A DNA stretch of 64,000 bases, from the NCBI RefSeq assembly GCF_009914755.1, contig NC_060943.1, one strand, 5' to 3'. Shown one piece after another: positions 1 to 33,861 of the stretch. The position numbers and the translations under genes are program-made. Positions within the stretch are counted from its first letter, which is position 1; each line of letters starts with the position of its first letter. Source of the stretch: the human T2T-CHM13v2.0 reference genome, Homo sapiens. The notes below the pieces were generated by a model. That model worked only from the letters and a program-made list of their open reading frames with translations, ran no database searches and was not told the origin of the DNA.

Positions 1-35
1 TGAACCATCTCATTGGGCCTCAGGGTCCTCGTTCA

Positions 36-401
<366 letters not shown>

Positions 402-1109
402 CTAACTGTGAGTCCACACGCCCCTTCCCAAGGGCCAAACCTAGGAGCATAGGTTCAAGACAGAGGGGGTGCAAATTTCACTCACTGCAAAGAATCCTGG
501 AAGAGTTAGAGGGATGAGAAAGTTGACTCATATGTTAAACAGGGTGACCTTTGGCGAGTTCTTAGTTTCTCTATGCCTTAGTCCCCTCATTTGTAAAGTA
601 GGGATTATAATAGCATCGATTATTATTATGCTACTAGACAGTTCATGTAAAGTGCTCAGAAAAGGCCTGGCACCTACTAAATGCTCAATAAGTGTTCAAT
701 TCTATTCTTGAGTCCCCACCACGTGCCAGGCCTTCTGCCAAAGCCTTTCTAGATTGTATCTCATTTTCTCTCTAGGAAAGAGGTAACACCAACCCCATTT
801 TCCAGAGGAAGAAACTGAGGCCCAAGAGAAGTTGAGTCCATTGCCCCAGGTGCCACCACTTGTCTGAGGCCAAGCCTCGGTTGCCCCCTGGATCTACCCC
901 GTCCTGCAGCCTGTGCTCAGTGAGCTGCTGCACCCAGCTGTTCAAGGCCAGGGCAGGGAGCCTAGAAGTTCACTTCCAGCCCTGGGAGAGAGGCTGGGCC
1001 AGCCCAGTGGCTCCTGCAGTTGAGGATCTCTTCCTATGTCATGGAGCATTTGTTGAGCACCTGCCATCTGCAGGTGTTGTGGCTACAACAGTAGACAAAT
1101 AGACCCCAG

Positions 1110-1112
<3 letters not shown>

Positions 1113-1152
<40 letters not shown>
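1113..1152. repeat. (GT)20 microsatellite
   Basis: Perfect dinucleotide run. Confidence 0.95.
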
Positions 1153-1154
<2 letters not shown>

Positions 1155-1907
1155 ATGCGTGTGCTTCACATACACAGAGCTAACTCAGCCCTGGTGAGGA
1201 GGATCACTCTACCCACCCCCCCAGTAGGGAAACCGAGGCTCTAACAGAAGAGACTTGCCCACAGATGTGCAGCTGGACTCTGCACCCAGGTCTGACACAC
1301 TGATCCAGCTCATAACCATTCCCTCACTGCCCACCCTGTCTGGTTTACCCTATCCCTTCATGTCTCAGCCCCTGGCCATGGGCTCCAATGATGCCACCCT
1401 TGCCTTAGGGATGCAGGGAGGAGAGAGACCTGGTCCCCAGGGTGGGCTGGGAGACCGGAGATGCAGCAGGCGGGATCGATCTGGGCTGCCCATGCATTAT
1501 TGGATTGTTCCTGGCTCCTGGGCCCCCCCTTCACTCTCAGCTCCTCCCAGAATCCTCTCTTCTTTGCCCTCCCCGACCCTGTCCCTCTCTGAGTCCAGCC
1601 TGGGAGGCTGGAGAGGAGAGGAGGAAAGGGTGATCTCAGAGCGTTCTTCTCTGGGCTCCTAAGCCAATTGGACACAAAAAGACAGCAGGGGGGACTTCCT
1701 GGTTTGAAAGATGGGGGGAAGTAACTCAGAGACCCTCACATTGTTGCCCCCTCCTGAAGCTTCCTGCTGTTCCCCACCCGCCCGAACTCTCAGTGCTCTG
1801 AGTGAATTCCCTCCCCGCTACAGAGCCCAGGAGGCTGAGGACCTGGGGTCACCCCTCTTCCTTCCTTATTCTTCCCACTGGTGAGCTGAGCCCTCTTGTC
1901 TCCCCAG

Positions 1908-24941
<23,034 letters not shown>

Positions 24942-24977
24942 GAGGCTCTACTTGCCCCTCAGAGCAGTGTCTAGCTC

Positions 24978-24983
24978 AATAAA
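24978..24983 (+). terminator. KASH5: KASH5 poly(A) signal AATAAA
   Basis: AATAAA 36 nt after the TGA at 24939-24941. Confidence 0.8.
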
Positions 24984-25856
24984 TCCCCTGGCCCTCTCTC
25001 CACTGGGATCCCCATTGTTAGTCCACTGTTGCGCAGGCTTACCCTAGATAGAGTACAGGGGATCCACATCCCTGTATTTTTATGTGAAGTCTCCTAGTTT
25101 TTTAATGCTGACATTTCTTAACAATAGCAAAACTCCCCCAGTAATGGATTAAGCACTAAGGATTATTCCCTCACAAAACAAGCCTGGCGAGGGCAGCTGT
25201 GGGCACACAGCTAAGTCTCGGTTGCCTTGGGGTCAGGGCCTCAGTGATTCTCCTGTCCCCTCCCTCATGCTCAGGAGTTGGCAGTTGTAGCTTCCTACAT
25301 CACATCTGCGGGAAACGGAAATTTCTTCCTTCCTTTTTATAAAGAGAGGCAGTAGCCTCAGTGTGCAGTGGGTAGATTCAAATCATATTCATAATAAAAG
25401 AGAAGCAGTTGCCTGCCCAGAGCCACCAGCAGACTTGTGTTTGTTTCACTAGCCAGACTGTTTGGTGTGACCACCCTTAACTGTAAGGGAGGCTGGGAGA
25501 CCTGGGAGGTCAAGTACCTCTGCGGGGACTGGGTACCTTGAAAGTGCCTTGCCACACACCTCATTCACACTGAAAAACACTGCAGGCCATGGACCTAACA
25601 AACACTCTGGGAGTCACCTACACACCACCACCAGTGTGCAGCTGCTGAGTGGCCTTGGCATGCATGGCCAAGCTGCTTCGAAGGGCTCCAGGATACCTCT
25701 TCTCCTTGATTTCTTTCTCCTTCCTACCTTCTCTACAGCTCTGCCTTGCCCTCCCCCGATAGGATCCTGACTCTGTCCTGCCACCCCTCCACGGGTAGCA
25801 GCCTAGGTTGACCCAGTCCCAACTGCATCCTAAGTCAATAAAGAACAATCTTCTTG

Positions 25857-25996
25857 GGCCGGGCACAGAATCACTTGAACCCGGGAGGCGGAGGTTGCAG
25901 TGAGTGGAGATTGTGCCACTGCACTCCAGCCTGGGAGACAGAGTGAGACTGTGTCTTAAAAAAAAAAACAAAAAACAAAAAAAAAATTAAAAAAAC
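25857..25996 (+). mobile_element. Internally deleted Alu
   Basis: GGCCGGGCAC joined directly to right-arm AGAATCACTTGAACCC. Confidence 0.8.
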
Positions 25997-28900
25997 ACAT
26001 GCGAGACCCCAACCCCTCCCTCTTATTCACATGGACCATCTGCATGGTGCAGCTCTGAGGCATCATTATGCTGTAAGCCCCTTCCCAGCTGGAGTAAAGC
26101 TGAGGACACCAAAGGGAAGCAGATGGAGTCTGAGAAGCCTACCCTACTCCCGAAAAGAATACATGATTGGGCACCCACTCTGTGTGGCATGTGGCCCATG
26201 GTATTATGCAGGGAATGCCCCAAGCTTTGCCTGCCTCATAGCACCGCCAGCAAGATCCTTACACCATGGCTCCAACGCTCCCTGTAAACAACAAGAGTGG
26301 ACACCCAGGATGGCTGGCCCCAGGGTGGGAGGGCGCTGAGCTAGGCACTTTGAGATATGTATTTAATCTTCACCTCAACACTAGGAAGTAGATGGTGCTA
26401 TTATTGCTTTACACATGAAGACACTGAAGCACAGAGAAGTTAAATGACTTGACCTAGATGTCACAGCTAAAAATTATGAGAGTTGGGATCCAAACTCAGT
26501 CTGAGTCCAGTTCAGCAAATGAACTCACACGGTGGCTGTCTGCTGTTTGTAGCAGCCTATGAGTTGAACATCCTTCCTTGCCTGGGAAAATCCCAAGATA
26601 GGAAGGAGACAGGGCCCCACCTTCAACCAGGAGAGTCAAAGGAGGGTCCCCTTCCCCAGCTCCCAGGGGGTTGGGCTGCTATGACAGGCAGTGTGTGGGG
26701 CCCATGCCCATCCCTGTGGCCAAGGAGAAGGATCACGAGATTGGCAGCCCCACCAGACCCTCCAGTCACAGCTGTCGAAGGCAGCAGCAACTCTACAGAA
26801 AAAGGAGGACAGGGATGAGGACCAGGCACACACCAGAGTTGTCCTCTAGAGTGCAAATGGTAAACAGGAAAAGCACCAGGGTGCCATTTATTCATTCAAC
26901 AAATATGTGTTCATCATCTCTTTGCAACAGCTAGACCTTAGAAGATGAAGCTGTAGAGGAAAGCAGGACCTCCAACATCAAGCTGAGGAGCTTAGATTTT
27001 CTCCTGAGAATGATGGGGCTTTGGGAGGTTTTATTGCTTGTTTGTCTTTGGTTTTTTACATTTTAATTGAGGCGCAGCTTACATACAGATAGGCAGACAA
27101 ATCTTAAGTATCAGCTGGATAAACTTTTGTGTACGTATATACCCATGAAAATCACAGCCCAGGTCAAGATAGTAGACAGTTTCAGCACCCCAGATGCTTC
27201 CTTGGAGAGTTTTGAGCAAGGGAGGGACAGAATCGGACCTATTTAAAGACAGATGGAGGTAGCTGCAGGTCCTGTGAGAGTCCAGAAAAGGCAACTGATT
27301 CGGCTTGGAGGTTACAGGATTCTTTCCAGACAAGTGACATTTGTGTTTAGTCTTGAAAGATGGGTAAGGTTTGGGTTACAGTCAGCAGGGGCCCAGGGAG
27401 GGTGTCATAGAGGTGGGAAAGAGACCAGTGTGTCTGGAGAGCCATAGGCGGCATCCTGTTGCTGGATTTAAAAAAAAAATTTTTTTTTAAAGATTTGGAG
27501 CCTGGGAGGGATTGAAGGCTACAGAGTGGTGGGAAATAAGAGAGGTAGGCAAGAGCCCATGAAGGGATTTGAACACCAGCTTGAACTTTATTCCCTAGTG
27601 CCGGTAAAAGGGTTGTGAGCAAGGGAAGGCAGAACTCTGGGTAGGAAGAAGAGCATTCAGGGCCTGTGGAGGAGATGAATGAATGAAGGGGATGAGAATG
27701 GAGGCCAGCAGGTGGGGAGGAGTCTGGGGCTGTGGTCCAGGTTGGAGAGAATGAGGCCTGAGGCAGGGCATGTGGGTGGAGAGGAGGGAAGAGCAGAGCC
27801 AGGGCAGGGTGGGAGGGACCGGGCTGGAGACTGACAAGCTGTGAAGGATGGCGAAAGGGGCAGGACAAGGACAACCCCTGGGACCTGGCCCAGTGACTAG
27901 TAGACAGTGGAGCCATTCCCAAGATAGGGAACCCATGATAAGGAGTGAGTTCAGAGAAAGACTCAGTTCATTTAGGGGCTGGAGTCCTGAGCCCTGAGCT
28001 CCCAGGCTGGAGAAGGGGGTCTGGGTGTTGTCAGCTGTGGGTGGTGGCAGAAGCTGTGGGGACTGCTGAATTTGCTTGAGAGTAGAGTGGGGAGGGAGGA
28101 GGCTCCAGACACCATTTTGAGCAAAACCTCAAATGTTCTGATACGGATCGGGAAGAAAATAGAGTGTGGGAAGAGACCAGGCCAGTACCCAGCTACCAGG
28201 CCCGCGGGGAAACAGGAGGAGGCTCTTCATAGGGTCTTTGTGAGGTTAAAAGAGTTAATGCAAGCACAGCACTTAGAAGAGTGCCTGCTATATAGCAACT
28301 GCTCATTCACATTTTCATTCCATTTCTCCATGAGAGTGGCGGAAAAGTCTAGACTTTTGAAATTGCACATACCCGGATTCCAGTTATTCTTTTGTCGCTT
28401 AGTAGCTCTAACAACTTAGGAAAATTCCTCCTGACTTTCAGTCTTATTTGTAAAATTAGGCCAACTCCAGATAGTTTTGAGGAATGCAGTCTTTCCTTTG
28501 TTATTCGGAAGGACAGAGGAAACAGTCCCGCCCCCACAGTCCAAGGGCCAATTAGGGCTCGGTCCGCCTCCCGAAAATGCAAATTTTGGGACGCCTTGCC
28601 AAACACGCGCGGCGGCCCCGCTTCCCGCGCAGCAGACGCGGCCGGCTCCACTCTCTTCTTTAAACCAATGAGAGCGCGGTCCGCACGAACGGCGCCCCAG
28701 GCGCGCTGATCTAGCCCTCTGCGGACCACCGGGTTGCCATGGTTACCACGAGGGGCGGAGCTGAAGGGCAGGCTGGACCTCCGGGGAGAGAGACAGATTT
28801 CGATTGGCTCTTTTCTCGCTTCACCTGCAGCCCAGGTATCTTCCCGCCCTTTCCCTGTCCTTTTTGGAGCCTGACGCCTGCTCCTTTCTCTTCTCCTGCC

Positions 28901-29870
28901 CCAGCCTGGCGCCCCGAAGGTCTCTAGAGAAGGAGACCCGAAGTCAGAAAACCCTGAAAAAAATTGCTGGACGCTGCTGTGAGAAGAGGAAACCCTTTTC
29001 AAATAAAAGCGTTTTGCTACGTAACGGGCGCTGTACTGAAGTCTTATGAAGTATATCTTATTGGATCCTCGTAACAGATGAAGAAAAGGAGACACAGAGA
29101 CTGACGTCAAGAAGGCTTTCTCAGTACTACGCAGCTAGATTTGGAGGACCCTGGGTTTGGATGCTAGGGCTGCCTCACACCAGAGCCCGCGATCTTTCCA
29201 CTGTGCCTGGGGAGAAGTCTGGAAGTGATGGGAGGGAGGAACAGCGAAATTCAAAGATGAGAGCTGATGGAGAGACAGATAGAAACCTAACGGAGGAAAG
29301 AAAAGGAAGATATGAAGGAGTCAGGCAGAGGAAAAAGGAAAAAAGAAAGTGATGGAGAAGGGAAGGAAGAGTTTCAGAGGCCGAAGGAGAATAGAGAGAG
29401 GAGGCAGAGATTCCCAGAAGACCAGAAAGCCAAAAGGGTGAAAGGGGAGATAACCACAAGGACCCAGGGAGACGGGGACACATACCCAGAGAGGAAAGAG
29501 ACCCAGAGAAAGGGACAGAGACGGAGGAGGACAGAGACCTTGGAGATTACAGAGAACCAGAGAGAAGGGGACAGAGATGGGGGTAGGGAGGGACAGGGGC
29601 CCAGAATGAAAGGAGGGGGCGGGGGGGTGGGGGCGATAGGGAAGCAGAGATCCAGAAATAGGAAAGAAGCCAGCTTCCTGGACAAAGACAGGCAGAGAGA
29701 AACGGAATTGAGGAAAGAAAATAGAGTGGGGACTGAGGAGAGAGATGCCAGAGTGGCCGACACAGAGTCCTGTCTCTTTTCTACCCCCCATTTCAAGCCC
29801 CGCGCCCCCAACCCAACGCACACGCAGGTCGCGCAGGAACGAGGCGCAGTCCGGAGCGCAGGGCATGGTC

Positions 29871-29876
29871 TTTATT
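29871..29876 (-). terminator. PTH2: PTH2 poly(A) signal
   Basis: TTTATT on + (AATAAA on -), 22 nt past the stop codon. Confidence 0.8.
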
Positions 29877-29898
29877 AAGATGGGGACGGGCAGCGCGC

Positions 29899-30701
29899 TC
29901 AGGGCGCATCCAACACCAGCAGCTTGTGCATGTACGAGTTCAGCCAGTGGCGGCGCTCGAGGGCGGCCAGCAACCGCGCGCGCTCCCGGAAGGCCGCGTC
30001 GTCCGCCAGCGCCAGGCTCCTCCGCGGCCTGGGGGTGGCGGGATCCGCCCAGGCCCGTCCTGGGGGGCGGAGGCTGTGGAGAGACGCGGTGACCGCGCGT
30101 CCAGACTCGCTCTTGCCGCCGCCTGTCCTCCCCGCGGTCTAACTCGAAGCCCCGTTACTGCCCAGTCCGTGGAGTGGCTCGGTCCGGCTCCCCCTGTCTC
30201 TCTCGTTCTCTGTGTGGGTCTCTGTCTCTCTGCTCACCAGGTTCGAAACTCCCCAGGTACTGAGACCGAGTCTGATGCACTTGTCCGCCCACAGCGCTCA
30301 GCGCATGGCCAGGCGCACACCAAGAACCCAATAAACGTTGCTCAAAGAATGAATCCGTTTCTGCAACGACTCCTTTCGAGCCTCTCCACGCCTTTCTCGG
30401 GATCTATCTTTCTGTGTCTCTTTCCCTTGCTGATTTTCTGTCCATTTCCCGCACCACCACTACCACCAAACCCTCCTCCCGCCTTCCCCCACCCCTAGTC
30501 TCTGTCTTCTCGCTGGGTCTCGGTCGCCCTCTCTTTGGGCTTCTGTTCCGCTTTCTGGATCTTCCGTCCCCTTTCTCTTTGGTTCTCTTCCCACTTCTCC
30601 AAGTTCCCACCCCTCCCTGGGAGTTCTGGGACTGGCACCTACCTGAGGACCCCGACCGGGGGCAGGGCGACTCCCGAGGCAGTGCGGACGCCCCAGGGCA
30701 C

Positions 30702-30732
<31 letters not shown>

Positions 30733-30770
30733 CGAACCCGAGGGCTCCTGGACACCTGGCGGGTCTCCAT
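29899..30770 (-). CDS. PTH2: Parathyroid hormone 2 / tuberoinfundibular peptide of 39 residues (TIP39) precursor, 100 aa
   Basis: Coding exons 30770-30643 and 30073-29899 (303 nt). Signal peptide METRQVSRSPRVRLLLLLLLLLVVPWG, then RPRR convertase site followed by mature SLALADDAAFRERARLLAALERRHWLNSYMHKLLVLDAP. Confidence 0.97.
30705..30731 (-). repeat. PTH2: (CTG)9 coding trinucleotide repeat (poly-Leu of the PTH2 signal peptide)
   Basis: Nine perfect CAG units on the + strand. Confidence 0.95.
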
Positions 30771-30904
30771 CACCTGTGGAGAACCAGAAAGGGGCTCAGT
30801 AGGGCTGCATCCCGGCCCAGAACCCCGGGCCCCACCATGCATCCACCCCCAGCTTCCCGCACAGTCCCCTACCGTGCAGTGGGCTGGGGCAGCGATGGTG
30901 GCAG

Positions 30905-31070
30905 CCCCCTTATATCGCCTCCGCAGCCCCCGCACCGGGCAGTGACGCAGGCCGGGGGGCCGGGGACGCGGGGTCACCCCCTCCCCAGGCTCATTAGGAG
31001 CCGCCAGCGGTAATGAGGAGCCGGGGGTGGGGGACCTGCCGCTGCCTTGGCCGCCACCAACTAATTGGGA
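30905..31070 (-). promoter_or_regulatory. PTH2: PTH2 core promoter: TATA box plus homeodomain TAAT cores
   Basis: Minus-strand GATATAAG at ~30909-30916; TAAT/ATTA cores at ~30993, ~31011 and ~31062; GC-rich context. Confidence 0.6.
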
Positions 31071-31665
31071 CCAGAAGCTGGACCTGAGACGAGGGAGGGG
31101 GAGAGACAGACAGACAGAGAGGTGGACACAGGGGGTGTGTCAGAGGGCTAAAAATAGAGACTGGCGGAAGGACCGTCAGAGGAACAGAGACACAAAGAGA
31201 AGGACAAAGACAGAGTGGCCGAGGAAGAAATAGAGAGAAAGAATGGGAACGACAGAAAAAGAAAGGAAAAGGAAGAAAACAAGAAAAGAGAGCGAAGGAG
31301 ATGGAAACGAACAGTCAGATGGAGATGGAGGAGGGAAAGAAAAGGCTCTCAGAAAGACAGACGGAAATGGAAGGACGTCCTGGTCTGGAAGGAGCTGCCC
31401 AGAGATAAATACAGCAGCGAGAGGCCCAGAAAGATCGAGGGTGAGGTAGGGAGGGGGGAAAGGCAAGAAATGGCAAAGGGTACGTGTGGCAGGGGTGTGA
31501 GGACAGGAAAAGTGACAGACCACATCAGAAAAACCTCAGAGAGTGAGAAGAGGGGAAAACAGACAGGGCTCCTGAGCTGCCCTAAGGATGTGTCTAAGCC
31601 CTTATCTGGGAGGAGTTTGGGGGTGCTGTGAAGATTAAAGCCCAGTCCTCCTCACACTGACTCTT

Positions 31666-32297
<632 letters not shown>

Positions 32298-32349
32298 TTA
32301 TACACAGTGAGGAGAAGATGGGCAAAACTTGGAAGTCCTACAGAGCAGT

Positions 32350-33420
32350 AGAAACTTGGGATGTGGGAACTTGGGCTCCTAGTTTCCTAGGAAGGTGGTG
32401 GCAGAAGCTTGGACTCCTGAGTCTAAGAGTGGATGGGACAGGGACCCAGATTCCTATGTTCTGGGGAAGGAGGAGGCTGGGGACTTGGATTCCTGAATCT
32501 GAGGAAGGAAGGAGCTAGAGGACTGGAGTTCTGAGTCTGGGGGGAGGGAGCTGGGGGATACAACTTAGGGGACTTGAAATAGGAAGGTACCAGGGAACTA
32601 GACCCCTGGGTTTTCAGGTAGGAGAGGGTAGAGGGCCAGGACCACTGGTTTCAAAAAAATAATTTGGGCCACATCTCCACTAGATCAATCCAGTTTCTAA
32701 CTCCCTTCCCCACCCCAGAGAAAATGTCCTTTACTTCTGTCCCTTTAAGAGTCTAAGTCTGTCGCTAGGCTCCCAGGATCCCCTGGGAGGGGGTGAGGTG
32801 CGTCACCTGTGTGCCCCTGAGACCCTACCTCCCACCGCCCTGCCCAGATCTGTTCTGCAACATTCACCGTTCTCTGCATCCAGCTCTGCTTATCTGCTGT
32901 TACCTTGGACACCAGAGCAGGTAAGAGACCCCAGGACCTCAAGTAAGCCTGTCCCATCGATGTGTCGGCCGCCTCCACCTCCACCTGAACACAGACCTAT
33001 GCTTCTCTGCCCAGACTGGCCCCGGAGATGCCGAAATCCTAGCTCCATCTTCAATAACAGACTTGAGAGTCCTGCCCCAAAGCTCTCTTCTTCAAGTCCC
33101 TACCCCTCTACTCTGCAGAGCCCAGACCCCAGACCCTATTTCTGGAGGACTCAGAGCTCCCAATTCCTTTCTAACTCAGGAACCAAGAGCTCAAGGCCTC
33201 TTATCTCCTTTCACCCCTGCAATCCAGCCCCCAAACCTTGCTCCCTCAAAATTCTAGGCACCTGAACTTCCAGCCTTCTCCTCTCTAAAGAACCAGGAGC
33301 CAGGAACCTCAGCCCCCTCACCCTGCAAGACGCAGGAGTCTGAACCCCCAGCAACCTTCTTAACCCAGAGCCCAAATGTCTCCCTCCTCCCTCAAATCCA
33401 TGAGTCCAGCCCTCAGCCGT
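32350..33420. repeat. Degenerate MSR1-like tracts on either side of GFY exon 1 (32350-32650 on +, 33110-33420 on -)
   Basis: Diverged GGACTCCTGAGTCT.../CAGGAGTCTGAACCCCCAG-like units. Confidence 0.55.
32840..32920 (+). other. GFY: Probable non-coding exon 1 of GFY (start approximate)
   Basis: Strong donor CAG|GTAAGA at 32920/32921; acceptor (pyrimidine tract + CAG) at 33838-33840 just before the ATG exon. Confidence 0.55.
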
Positions 33421-33861
33421 TAGGAGCCTCCTGTAGTGTAAACAACTGTTGAGTCAAGGTGTCCCGGGGGACCTCGGAGAGGAAGGAGATCCCACGTCCC
33501 CTCGAAGCCCTGACACTCCCTAAAGTCGAAGTCGAGGAGATCTGAGGCCTGGAGAAGTGTCGTTCTTTCCCAATTTTTCTAGGACCCCTCGCTGAAACAG
33601 ATAAGGAAATTAACTACGACTCCCAAGTAGCCCCGCGCCTCAGTCTCTCTTGGCTACCTGGGCCATCGCCCCACAAGCCTCCAAGGGACTTGCGATTGGG
33701 TTCTCTTCCCATCCCTGGCGCCAAGCTGGGCCCCGGACAGACGTGGTCCACCTGTGTTCCAGTGGGCGTGGCCTCCGGGAGTGGGCGGGGCTCCTGGGAG
33801 CCTTCGGCCTTAACCCCTTCCTTCCCGCTCTCCCCCGCAGCTATAGGTATCTGCCAGAGCT

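Noticed and set aside
25100-26340. Unique-looking sequence with a 102-aa ORF (26031-26339)
   Set aside because: Looks like old LTR-derived (MLT-like) sequence; no supporting gene structure, and the family cannot be assigned by eye.
28349-29878. ORFs of 253, 188 and 181 aa near the orphan CpG element
   Set aside because: Low-complexity or GC-rich frames with no recognisable domain or splice structure.
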